Source: an uncultured Methanolobus sp.
Lineage (GTDB): Archaea > Halobacteriota > Methanosarcinia > Methanosarcinales > Methanosarcinaceae
Length of the DNA: 64,000 nucleotides
Direction of reading: 5' to 3'
Assembly (NCBI GenBank): GCA_963675495.1
Contig: OY776215.1
Coordinates: 1,792,001-1,856,000, forward strand
Below, piece by piece: positions 31,006-44,773 of the stretch. The notes under the pieces were generated by a model that did not search any database, was not told the origin of the DNA, and worked only from the letters and a program-made list of their open reading frames with translations. Position 1 is the stretch's first letter, and every line of letters starts with the position of its first letter. The position numbers and the translations under genes are program-made.

Positions 31006-32859
31006 TTACCATCCATTATTTCCTTGCTTCTTCTTACCTATAAGGCAATTCCATGAGTTACCAACAAGATCAAGCCTATTGGCACGTTTCAGTCCTTCAT
31101 ATACAAGATTATAGTTTCCAGGCTCCTTGTAATGTAACATTGCTCTCTGGATACTCTTTTCTTTTTGAGAGGTAGCCACATATATTTTCTTCCCGGTGAA
31201 AGGGTTCAGCCCTGTGTGGAACATACATGTTGCAGAAGTCATGGGGGTAGGTGTGAAATCCTGTACCTGTCTGGTATATCGTCCTGTGTCTCTTATGTAT
31301 TCTGCAGTTTCGATCATATCATCAAGAGTACACCCAGGGTGACTTGACATAAGGAAAGCCACAAGGTATTGGTCTTTTCCAATCTTCTTATTTACTTCCT
31401 TATACTTTTGCTCAAACCTCTCAAAGACTTCCCTGGCAGGTTTCTTCATTACAGTGGTCACACTGTCGCAATAATGCTCGGGTGCAACCTTTAACTGCCC
31501 GCTGACGTGGTGAGCACAGAGCTCTTCCATGTACTGCTCATCAAGCAACGCAAGATCATAGCGTACGCCGTAACCCACAAAGACTTTTTTGATACCTTGT
31601 AGGTTCCTGAGCCTGCGCATTAACTCTATGAGTTTCTTGTGGCTGGTGTTAAGCGATGGGCAGGCTTTAGGGTGAATGCATACTTTGTCCTTGCATACTC
31701 CCTTCTCTTCCCAGTTCTTACAATCCATTCCATACATGTTGGCAGACGGACCGCCAAGCCCGTTGATAATGCCCTTGAATCCTTTTATGTTTTTGAAACC
31801 TTCCGCTTCCCTTAGTATGGACTCAATACTTCGGCTTCGTATCATTCGGCCCTGGTGCAGAGCAATGGCACAGAATGAGCATGCTCCAAAACAACCTCTA
31901 TGTGTGGTGATGGAAAATTTAACCAGATCACTGGCAGGAATAATTTCCTTATATGAAGGATGTGTTTCACGTGTGAATGGAAGTTCATATACATGGTCAA
32001 GCTCCTCCTGCGTAAGGGGATGCATTGGTTTGTTCTGTATTATCACGGTTTTTGGGTGAACCTGTATAATATCATGGCCGCGTATGTGGTCCTGCTCCTC
32101 GTAGACCGTTTTGAATGTTTTTGCGTAGACTTCCTTGTTCTTTGAAACTTCAATATATGGGGCGATCTCTATGCGGCCCTTGAGCAGTTCATCACGGTTT
32201 TCTTTCCACGTTTTGATATCCATCTTCCAGACGGTCCCGTCAATATCGTTGATCTCTGATACGGGGACGCCTTTGTTGAGCCTGTCTGCTATCTCAAGTA
32301 TCTGGATTTCTCCCATGCCGTAAACAATGAGGTCTGCAGGTGCATCTGCAAGGATGGATTGGCGAACTTTGTCAGACCAGTAGTCATACTGGGCAAAACG
32401 ACGAAGAGATGCTTCAATGCCACCGATCACTCTGGGGGTGTCTGGATATGCCTCTTTCAGGCGGTTGGAATAGACGATACTCGCCCTGTTTGGCCGAAGT
32501 CCTGCCTGATTTCCCGGAGAGTATGTATCATCATGGCGTAATCTCTTTGAAGGGGTGTAGTTGCTGACCATTGAGTCAGTGTTCCCTGCACTAATGGAAA
32601 AGAGCAGGCGTGGTTTTCCAAGTTTCTTGAAATCTTCTACGCTATCCCACTTTGGCTGTGCAATGACTCCTACCCTGTAGCCTGCATCTTCTAGTACTCT
32701 GCCTATGATACTTGTTCCAAAACCGGGGTTGTCAACATAGGCATCCCCTGTGATAATGATAATATCAAGTTCATCCCAGCCTTTCTTTTTAGCTTCTTCA
32801 AGACTCATGGGCAGAAACTTAGAGGAATCAGCTATTCTGTTTTTCTTATTATGTTTCAT
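31006..32859 (-). CDS. YgiQ/UPF0313 family radical SAM protein
   Basis: TGDAYVD, GGIEASLRR, HRGCFGACSFC, GGPSANMYG, QDFTPTP. Confidence 0.9.
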   Translation of the reverse strand: MKHNKKNRIADSSKFLPMSLEEAKKKGWDELDIIIITGDAYVDNPGFGTSIIGRVLEDAGYRVGVIAQPKWDSVEDFKKLGKPRLLFSISAGNTDSMVSNYTPSKRLRHDDTYSPGNQAGLRPNRASIVYSNRLKEAYPDTPRVIGGIEASLRRFAQYDYWSDKVRQSILADAPADLIVYGMGEIQILEIADRLNKGVPVSEINDIDGTVWKMDIKTWKENRDELLKGRIEIAPYIEVSKNKEVYAKTFKTVYEEQDHIRGHDIIQVHPKTVIIQNKPMHPLTQEELDHVYELPFTRETHPSYKEIIPASDLVKFSITTHRGCFGACSFCAIALHQGRMIRSRSIESILREAEGFKNIKGFKGIINGLGGPSANMYGMDCKNWEEKGVCKDKVCIHPKACPSLNTSHKKLIELMRRLRNLQGIKKVFVGYGVRYDLALLDEQYMEELCAHHVSGQLKVAPEHYCDSVTTVMKKPAREVFERFEQKYKEVNKKIGKDQYLVAFLMSSHPGCTLDDMIETAEYIRDTGRYTRQVQDFTPTPMTSATCMFHTGLNPFTGKKIYVATSQKEKSIQRAMLHYKEPGNYNLVYEGLKRANRLDLVGNSWNCLIGKKKQGNNGW

Positions 32860-32868
32860 GATGTATCC

Positions 32869-33504
32869 TTACAATATACTTTTTGACATGCGGAGGGAAA
32901 AACCGATCTGTTTGTTCACGTCATTTGAGGTAACTTCCCCATGCCCCGGGTAAAGTGTCTCGACATCAAGCTTCACAAGCTTGTTGATGGATTCGGTCAG
33001 TTGTGAGCGGTTGCCGCCTTCAAAGTCTGTGCGTCCTATGCTTCCGCTAGGAAACACTGTGTCACCGGAAAAGAGACCCTTTGAATTTGATTCATACAGG
33101 CAGATGCCACCTGGTGTATGCCCTGGGGTGTGAATGACCTCCAGCTCTTCCTCGTTACCTATGGGTATCCTGTCATCTTTGCTGAGCAGTATATCAGGTT
33201 CAATGGACGGAGCTTTATATCCGAATAATGCAGCAGCAGTTACATTGTCATTTTTCAGTAGGGGGGCATCATCCACATGGATTGCTATTTTTGCACCGCT
33301 CAGGCGTGCTATTTCCAGTGCTGATGCTGTATGGTCGTAGTGGCAGTGTGTGAGTATTATCAGTTCAAGGTCCTTTATGTCTATGTTTTTCTCGATCTCT
33401 GCGACCAGCCCTTCTGTGTTCATTCCCGTATCAATCAGGACTTTTCCATTGATCAGATATGAGTTGGCATCGTAAAGGCCCGTATTGAAATGTTTGACCT
33501 GCAT
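32869..33504 (-). CDS. MBL-fold metallo-hydrolase
   Basis: THCHYDH, HTPGHTPG, SGDTVF, PGHG. Confidence 0.9.
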   Translation of the reverse strand: MQVKHFNTGLYDANSYLINGKVLIDTGMNTEGLVAEIEKNIDIKDLELIILTHCHYDHTASALEIARLSGAKIAIHVDDAPLLKNDNVTAAALFGYKAPSIEPDILLSKDDRIPIGNEEELEVIHTPGHTPGGICLYESNSKGLFSGDTVFPSGSIGRTDFEGGNRSQLTESINKLVKLDVETLYPGHGEVTSNDVNKQIGFSLRMSKSIL

Positions 33505-33535
33505 GTTTATTCTCCCTTAGAAAAAAGGAATGGAT

Positions 33536-34294
33536 CTAGAGCTCAAATGCCCTTCGGGTATTTCGCATTGTCGCCATGGCTATTTCAGTTTCTTCTATCC
33601 CTTTTAGATGTGCTATTACCGGAACCGAATCAAGGACAAATGCCGGTTCGTTCCTGCCTTTTCTCGGGGAAAGGTAGGGGCTGTCAGTTTCTATAAGCAT
33701 GTTGTCAAGAGGCAGGTTCTGAGCTATTGATTTGTGGTGTTCTGAGAAACATACAAGTGTTGGCACTGATACGTAGTGCCCTGCATCAACTATGTTCTTC
33801 ATGGTTTCAAGTGAGCCACCATAGCAATGAAAGATCACTCTGTCAAGGTCTTTGGTCATTTCAAGTGCAAGGTCTTCGCCATCCCTTCCGTGTATTATCA
33901 GGGTCTTGTTGTACCTGTCTGCAATTTCGATGACCTGTCTGAACACATCTTCCTGTCTTTTCCTTCCGGCGTCGCTCGTGCAATAGTAGAAATCAAGCCC
34001 TGCTTCTCCGACTCCTATGGCCTTGTCTATGTTGCGCTCTATCTGTGATAGTATCTGCTTTATTTTTGCGTCATCTGCATTAGGTACCATCTGCGGGCTG
34101 AGTCCAAGCGTTGCATGAATGAATTCATATTTTTTTGCGAGTTCAAGAGAATTCGAATTCGTTTTGTAGTCTATGCCGGAGTTTATCATCTCAACTACGC
34201 CGCTCTTCCTTGCCCTCTCAATTGTCTCAGGCCTATCCTTATTGAATTTGGGGAAATCAAGATGACAATGGGAATCTATTACTTCATAATTCAT
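33536..34294 (-). CDS. tatD: TatD family hydrolase
   Basis: IDSHCHLD, GEAGLDF, FHCY, ETDSPYL. Confidence 0.9.
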   Translation of the reverse strand: MNYEVIDSHCHLDFPKFNKDRPETIERARKSGVVEMINSGIDYKTNSNSLELAKKYEFIHATLGLSPQMVPNADDAKIKQILSQIERNIDKAIGVGEAGLDFYYCTSDAGRKRQEDVFRQVIEIADRYNKTLIIHGRDGEDLALEMTKDLDRVIFHCYGGSLETMKNIVDAGHYVSVPTLVCFSEHHKSIAQNLPLDNMLIETDSPYLSPRKGRNEPAFVLDSVPVIAHLKGIEETEIAMATMRNTRRAFEL

Positions 34295-34423
34295 ATGTAT
34301 TCAATTCTGGTCTTATTATATAGATATGAACCTGTTCTGAGGATTGGTCCAAAAAAAGATGCTTCGGAAACTAACGAAGATAAAAAAAGTAAAGAACCGT
34401 GATCTTACGGTTCTTGTATTTGT

Positions 34424-35965
34424 TTATTCCATACTCCAGAGTTTCTTCTTTTCAAGAAGTATGTTGATTGCTGTGATGAGTGCGTCCACAGATGCCGTGG
34501 CAATGTCTGCACTTGCTGATTGCGCACTGACCACCCGGCCATCTTCGTCTTCTACAGAGATCGTTACTACTGCCAGAGCATCGCTTCCGCCTGTAATTGC
34601 TTCGAGGCTGAAATCACGTACTTTGACCTTGGTGTATCCCCCGATCATCTGTTCAACTGCATTTAGGGCAGCATCTATTGGTCCCACGCCATAATTAGAG
34701 GCAACAGCTTCCTCATCGCCAATCTTTGCTCTGACTACAGCAGTTGGTGTCGTAAGATTACCTGTCATCACCGAGAATTCTTTTAGGATTATGGTCTCGT
34801 TTCCGAGGTTCCTTCCAAGGACGGCAGATGCAACAGCATGAAGGTCTGCATCGCATATGCGTTTGCCTTTGTTAGCTATGTCCTTGATCCTGATAAGTAT
34901 CTCGTCGAGTTGTTCTTCGGTGGTTTCGACACCCATATCTTCCAGTGACTTCTTGACAGCATGCTTACCTGCATGTTTTCCTATTACTATGCGGCGCTTG
35001 TGACCTACCATTTCAGGGGTCATTATGCCGGGTTCAAAAGTATCGGATTTCTCAAGTACTCCGTGGGTGTGTATGCCGGATTCATGGGCGAATGCATTAT
35101 CACCGACGATCGGGGTATTTGCGGGCATGTGTATGCCAGTGTAATTCTCGACCATCTTGGCGGTTTCAAGCAAGTACTCTGTCTTGATATTTGTCTTTGC
35201 TCCGTATATGGATTGCAGACACATCACTACTTCAGCGAGATTTGCATTGCCTGCACGTTCTCCAAGGCCATTTACGGTTACCTGTATCTGGCTGGCACCG
35301 GCTTCTACTGCCATAAGACTGTTTGCAACGGCAATTCCAAAGTCATTGTGACAATGGACGTCAATTGGTATGTTTACTTCGTTGTTGATGTTTTTCACAA
35401 GCTGGTACATTGAGGAAGGTGCCATTATGCCTACGGTGTCTGGTACGTTTATTATGTCGCATCCTGCTTCTTCTACTGCTTTGTATACTTCTATCAGGTA
35501 ATCAAGGTCGGTTCTGGTAGCATCCATGGCTGAGAACATGCATTTTGTTCCATGGTCCTTGATGTATTCAACGGCATTTACTGCCATTGCGACGACTTCT
35601 TCCTTGCTCTTCTTAATAGTATGTATTCTCTGGATGTCGGAGGTTGATACAAATGTGTGTATCATGTCAACATTACAATCTATGCAGGCGTCCAGATCTT
35701 TTGTAAGGACGCGGGCAAGACCACAGACATCGAGACTCAGGTCTTCGTTAGCTATGGCTCTTACATTTTGCCTTTCGCCATCCGAGGAGACTGGGAAACC
35801 AGCTTCGAGCACATCAACACCAAGTTTGTCCAGTTGCCTGGCAATCTTGAGTTTTTGCTCGTTAGTTAGTGATACGCCGGGTGTTTGTTCACCGTCGCGC
35901 AGTGTCGTGTCAAAAATAGTCTTGTGTGTGTTTATTAGCGGTTTATCGCTGTAAAAAGCGATCCC
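34424..35965 (-). CDS. 2-isopropylmalate synthase / (R)-citramalate synthase family with C-terminal allosteric domain; start unresolved
   Basis: The frame is open from 35965 (after TGA 35968-35966) and reads ...[19 protein letters not shown] upstream of the ORF-track start. Also [27 protein letters not shown]. No ATG/GTG/TTG precedes the DTTLRDGEQ motif in this frame. Confidence 0.9.
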   Translation of the reverse strand, partial: GIAFYSDKPLINTHKTIFDTTLRDGEQTPGVSLTNEQKLKIARQLDKLGVDVLEAGFPVSSDGERQNVRAIANEDLSLDVCGLARVLTKDLDACIDCNVDMIHTFVSTSDIQRIHTIKKSKEEVVAMAVNAVEYIKDHGTKCMFSAMDATRTDLDYLIEVYKAVEEAGCDIINVPDTVGIMAPSSMYQLVKNINNEVNIPIDVHCHNDFGIAVANSLMAVEAGASQIQVTVNGLGERAGNANLAEVVMCLQSIYGAKTNIKTEYLLETAKMVENYTGIHMPANTPIVGDNAFAHESGIHTHGVLEKSDTFEPGIMTPEMVGHKRRIVIGKHAGKHAVKKSLEDMGVETTEEQLDEILIRIKDIANKGKRICDADLHAVASAVLGRNLGNETIILKEFSVMTGNLTTPTAVVRAKIGDEEAVASNYGVGPIDAALNAVEQMIGGYTKVKVRDFSLEAITGGSDALAVVTISVEDEDGRVVSAQSASADIATASVDALITAINILLEKKKLWSME

Positions 35966-35996
35966 TCAGTTGTGCGGTTGAATTCATATTAATCAT
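35943..35996 (-). CDS. Short leader ORF ([17 protein letters not shown]) overlapping the synthase frame
   Basis: ATGs at 35996 and 35987, stop TAA at 35945-35943. Offset by one nucleotide from the synthase frame and lies just downstream of a TATA box. Confidence 0.55.
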   Translation of the reverse strand: MINMNSTAQLRDRFLQR

Positions 35997-36014
35997 TCCG
36001 GCTTGTAGTCTATG

Positions 36015-36022
36015 TTATAAAA
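36015..36022 (-). promoter_or_regulatory. TATA box for the leader ORF/synthase transcript
   Basis: TTTTATAA on the minus strand about 28 nt upstream of ATG 35987, consistent with a near-leaderless mRNA. Confidence 0.55.
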
Positions 36023-36082
36023 GACTTCCGTATAATTCTCACTTCCTATTGTCATGCGTTAAGGTGTAATAACTTACTCCTC

Positions 36083-36268
36083 CGCAACCTTTTTATATTA
36101 GCCTTGACTTGTAGGGGTGCTCTCACTGAGCCCAATGATGCGGCCAACGCATCAGGAAAATATGCTCTGTGGGAACAGATCGATGAAGTACTAATTTCAT
36201 TTCATCAGGCAGGTGTTACAAAGGTTCCTTCTTTGTCTTCGAATCTCTTGATTCGGAAGGTATATATA
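36083..36268 (+). promoter_or_regulatory. Tandem rRNA operon promoters
   Basis: cgcaacctTTTTATATT (36083-36099) and cggaaggTATATATA (36254-36268), BRE/TATA-like elements upstream of 16S. Confidence 0.5.
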
Positions 36269-36367
36269 GGATGGTGACCTTTGAAGGAGTCCGCGTGAAT
36301 GCGCGAAAACACTTACAATCACCGCCTTTTATTAAGTGGAGGCAAGAGTTCTTTCTTGTCTGACGTT

Positions 36368-36402
36368 GGATTTGGCAGTTCGATTAATTCTGACCGGTAG
36401 TG
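36368..36402 (+). other. 5' strand of the pre-16S bulge-helix-bulge processing stem
   Basis: ggatttggcagtt-cgat-taa-ttctgaccggtagtg pairs with 38035-38070 (cactaaccggtcagaa-atcg-aaa-aactgtcagatcc). Confidence 0.75.
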
Positions 36403-36532
36403 TACAATATACTACCATATAAGGAATTAATCAACTAATGTGCAAAGTAAAGAAATTCTCTAGTGAGAGTTCTTTCCTAAAAATTCCTTAAATGACTTCC
36501 AAAATGCATTAAACTTTTGTGTGAGATCAACA

Positions 36533-38007
<1,475 letters not shown>

Positions 38008-38111
38008 AAGCAAGATGGACACAAAGTCCATCACCACTAACCGGTCAGAAATCGAAAAACTGTCAGATCCGAGAAAAATTACATGGATTCACTGTAAAAG
38101 GGGTCCAAGAG

Positions 38112-38184
38112 GGGCTTGTAGATCAGTTGGAAGATCGCCGCCTTTGCAAGGCGGAGGCCTTGGGTTCGAATCCCAACAAGTCCA
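38112..38184 (+). tRNA. tRNA-Ala(TGC)
   Basis: Acceptor stem GGGCTTG/CAAGTCC, anticodon arm CCGCC-TTTGCAA-GGCGG, T-loop TTCGAAT. Confidence 0.95.
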
Positions 38185-38315
38185 TTATTAGTGCACCTGA
38201 AGAGTAATTTCTTCGGGGAAGGATGAAGTGGCTGAAGCAACGACAGCTGCAATGAGATCGTGTATATGCATGCATATATCAGACGCTCACTGGACAAAGT
38301 GAGATGGACTCTGGT

Positions 38316-41226
<2,911 letters not shown>

Positions 41227-41330
41227 GTCCGTCTTGCTTTGTCCAGGCGAAATCTGATATGTGCATGTTTAATATACGCAATCTTATGGTAAAGTATAAA
41301 TTCAATGGATTCAATCATAAATCGCTCATT

Positions 41331-41402
41331 GCCAAGGTGGCGGAGCGGCTACGCAATCGCCTGCAGAGCGATTCCATTCCGGTTCGAATCCGGACCTTGG
41401 CT
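41331..41402 (+). tRNA. tRNA-Cys(GCA)
   Basis: Acceptor stem GCCAAGG/CCTTGGC, anticodon arm ATCGC-CTGCAGA-GCGAT, T-arm TCCGG-TTCGAAT-CCGGA. TATA-like aagtataaa about 30 nt upstream. Confidence 0.95.
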
Positions 41403-41428
41403 TTACCATTTACAATTCATCATGAGAG

Positions 41429-41553
41429 AGATTGGCGGCCATAGCGGCGGGGCAATTCCTGTACCCATCCCGAACACAGAAGATAAGCCTGCCAGCGTTC
41501 CTTACTGTACTGAAGTATGAGAGTCTTCGGGAACTCTGGATCGCTGCCAACTC
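41429..41553 (+). rRNA. rrf: 5S ribosomal RNA
   Basis: TGGCGGCCATAGCGG...CCCATCCCGAACAC...GCTGCCAA with terminal helix. Confidence 0.95.
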
Positions 41554-41710
41554 ACTCAACACTAACTACTAACTTTCTTTTTCTACAATGATTTTAACTT
41601 GAACTAATCTATTTTTTTTCTGGTATTATTGATTCTTACAATCTTTTATTGCTTTTTTGATTGTAAGAAAAGCAATTCTAAAGTAACATGGAACTATCCT
41701 TCATAAAGGA

Positions 41711-42091
41711 GTGTTAATCATGGGAAAGAGAAAGATTATTTTTGTTTATAATGCCGACAGTGGAATTTTGAATTCGATAGAGGATTATGTTCATAAGATC
41801 GCTTCCCCGTCTACATATGCTTGCAACCTTTGTGGTCTTACATACGGGAACGTTGGGATGAAAAGTGACTGGAAGCAATTTGTTTCAGGACTTAAATTTC
41901 CGGTAGAATTTCTACACAAGGACGAATTCCTTGAAAAATATGACATTGAAAATGTTTCATTTCCATGTGCTTATATTGAATCAGATAATGAAACCGAGCT
42001 TCTGATAAGTTCTGATGAGATGAACTCTCTTGAGACACTTGATGATTTAATGTCACTGGTATCTCTGAAGCTGGCAGATATTCCTGATTGA
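41711..42091 (+). CDS. Conserved hypothetical protein
   Basis: FVYNADSG...YACNLCGLTYG...EFLHKDEF. RBS AAGGAG upstream. Confidence 0.75.
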   Translation: MLIMGKRKIIFVYNADSGILNSIEDYVHKIASPSTYACNLCGLTYGNVGMKSDWKQFVSGLKFPVEFLHKDEFLEKYDIENVSFPCAYIESDNETELLISSDEMNSLETLDDLMSLVSLKLADIPD

Positions 42092-42977
42092 ATTTGCTTA
42101 TTAATATGAATCCTTTATTTTCAATCAGATCTTTTTTGAGTTTGTTCAGATTTCAAAATTCATTGTTTGGTGCCCTTACTATATTCTTATCAGGAATTCT
42201 ATCATCTGATATCTCTGGATATACTTCTGAATATATTATGGCTTCAATATATGTTGTTTTTCTTGGAATGCGTTCCTTCGCTGTAAACGACTATTTTGAT
42301 TTTGAGATCGATAGGGTAAATGGTAGGACTGACAGGCCTATTGCACAGGGTACAATTAAGAGAAAAACTGCTTTGTATGTGGGTTTGATGAGTCTCATTC
42401 TTTCTTTTTTAATGTCCCTGGGACTTGATCATATTGTTTCTTTACTCCTGATATTCAATGCAGTTGTTTTTTTCGCGTACAGTTATTACTTGAAAAAGAT
42501 ATTCTTAGTCAAAAATATCATAATGGCATATGGTTTCCTTTCCATGATCCTTGTTGGAACGTTAATATCGGATTATGTAATAGAGGCATTGATTTTCTAC
42601 TATGCAATAATGGGCTTCATCGTTGGACTTGCTTTTGAGATTATGATCGAATCAGGGATATGGAAGGCGACAGGCAATTTGGTGTACAAACCCTTGTGTT
42701 GAGGACGTCACCAGGATTTACAGCTTCAGTTTCTATTACTCTGTATGTATTGGTCATGCTACTCGATCCACTTCCATATTTTGTGAATATAGATCCTCTT
42801 CTTTATCACGACTCCCTCTTTATGATATTGATAATGCTTCCTGTGATTCTTTACATCTTTATTTCAAAATCCCTGCTTAGGGACATGTCAAAAAATAATG
42901 TTGGCAGATTAAGAGAAAGAACTATTAATGTAATGCAGCTTGGTTCACTTGCATATTTGCTTGGTTATCTTTTGTAA
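42088..42977 (+). pseudogene. UbiA-family prenyltransferase (DGGGP synthase-like), frameshifted
   Basis: NDYFDFEIDRVNGRTDRPIAQG in the first ORF. The second Asp motif (IMI-D-IRDMEGD) is broken by a 1-nt deletion at about 42650 (ATC GA- ATC AGG GAT ATG GAA GGC GAC) and continues in ORF 42660-42977. Confidence 0.8.
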
Positions 42978-43212
42978 TTTTATCCTGCAAGCGATATGAC
43001 ATTTTGGAATATTTAGTATCAGACTACAGTATTGCCATGCAAAAAAGGTAATTGTAAAGCACTTTTCTATTTTTATTCACGCATGTTCTATTAGTTTAAT
43101 AATATACTCAAAAGCACCTATATAACATAAGATCTTAAAACCATTGTTTCTCTCTTGTTCAATAAATGAGGCTCAATAGACCTCATTTTATTTTTTTGCT
43201 TTTAATTGTGTT

Positions 43213-44592
43213 TTATTGAAAAAGATTCCCCCATCCCTGAACAAGTATTATCAGAACAACAATAGGCAATATGTATCTTGCATATGGACTGACCCATTCA
43301 GGTATTTTCTTTCCTCTGCCGGTATTTGCCTCTTCTATGAAATTATTCCATCCCCATCCAATTTTCAATGTACAGAACATAACTATTGAGAGAGCTCCGA
43401 TTGGGAGAATATTGTTACTGAATATAAAATCTTCAAGATCCAGTATTCCACTACCAGGTCCAAAGGGTTGTATGCTACTTAGTGGCCCAAAGCTAAGTGC
43501 ACATGGCAGCGAAAGAATAAAGATTCCAATAGCATTAAAAAAGGCTGCTTTTTTGCGCGTCCATCCCCATTCATCAATTGTGAATGCCATTATATTCTCA
43601 AAAATAGCTATAACTGTTGACATTGCAGCAAAAGAAAGGAACACAAAGAAAAGGAAGCCCCAAATTATTCCTCCAGCCATCTGGTTAAATATGTTGGGCA
43701 GGGTCACAAAAATGAGTTCAGGGCCTGAACCTGCATCAATTCCAAAAGCAAAAGCTGCAGGGAATATAATAAGTCCTGCAAGCAGAGCAATAGAAGTGTC
43801 CAGTGCAACCACATTGATCGATTCTCCGACAAGGGAACGCTCCTTTCCAATGTAGCTGCCAAATATTGCCATTCCTCCTGCACCTGCGCTTAATGTAAAG
43901 AAAGCCTGTCCCATGGCCGCATAAACCGCTTCCCTGCCTATCAGACTGAAATCTGGTTTCAGGTAGAAGTCAATTCCTGCAGATGCTCCCGGAAGAGTGA
44001 CAGATTTAAAAACAAGGATCAGTAATATTATAATCATCCCAGTCATGAGATTTTTACTAACCTTTTCAGCACCATTCTGAAGCCCCTTTGAACAAACCCA
44101 GAAACCAATGACAACGACAAGAGCCATCAAGGATACTATTTCTAAAGTGTTACTGAGGAATGTCCCGAAAAAGTTACCGACTTCCTGGGGCGCAAGTCCA
44201 CTGAAACTACCGTTGATCGAGTAATATATGTATGCAAGTCCCCAGCCTGCCACAGTGGTGTAAAACATAACGAGCAGAACATTTCCTATAATGCCCATAT
44301 ATCCGAATATATGCCATTTGCTGCCCGCAGGTTCCAGTTTTCTCATGGCGCCTGCAATGTTCAGTTTCCCTGCCCTTCCAATGGAATATTCCATAAGGAG
44401 AATGGGAAATCCCAGCAGAATGAGAAATGCAAGATAAATAAGGACAAAAGCAGCTCCTCCATATTTTCCTGTAATATAAGGGAAACGCCATATATTGCCA
44501 AGACCGATGGCACATCCTGCTGATATTAGCAGAAATCCTATTCTACTGGCCAGTTGTTCCCTTTCTACGTTGCCTTTTTCTTCTTCTGCCAT
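43213..44592 (-). CDS. Sodium-dependent transporter, NSS/SNF family
   Basis: GCAIGLGNIWRFPY, GGAAF, GQAFFTLS, GPELIFVTLP. Confidence 0.95.
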   Translation of the reverse strand: MAEEEKGNVEREQLASRIGFLLISAGCAIGLGNIWRFPYITGKYGGAAFVLIYLAFLILLGFPILLMEYSIGRAGKLNIAGAMRKLEPAGSKWHIFGYMGIIGNVLLVMFYTTVAGWGLAYIYYSINGSFSGLAPQEVGNFFGTFLSNTLEIVSLMALVVVIGFWVCSKGLQNGAEKVSKNLMTGMIIILLILVFKSVTLPGASAGIDFYLKPDFSLIGREAVYAAMGQAFFTLSAGAGGMAIFGSYIGKERSLVGESINVVALDTSIALLAGLIIFPAAFAFGIDAGSGPELIFVTLPNIFNQMAGGIIWGFLFFVFLSFAAMSTVIAIFENIMAFTIDEWGWTRKKAAFFNAIGIFILSLPCALSFGPLSSIQPFGPGSGILDLEDFIFSNNILPIGALSIVMFCTLKIGWGWNNFIEEANTGRGKKIPEWVSPYARYILPIVVLIILVQGWGNLFQ

Positions 44593-44773
44593 TGATGTTA
44601 TCTCTCATTTACATATTTATATAATAATATTAATGCATTTTAGTGAAGGTGATTATTACTTATATTTGTTCTTCATACTGTTTCTGTATCACTTAATATG
44701 TTGGAGTTCTAGTGGAAATAATTATACGTATAGCAGCCAATATTCATAGAAATATTATACTGTGGGGAATCAA

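Noticed and set aside
41331-41553. tRNA-Cys placed between 23S and 5S
   Set aside because: I recall this order being described for Methanosarcina rRNA operons, so it is not treated as novel.
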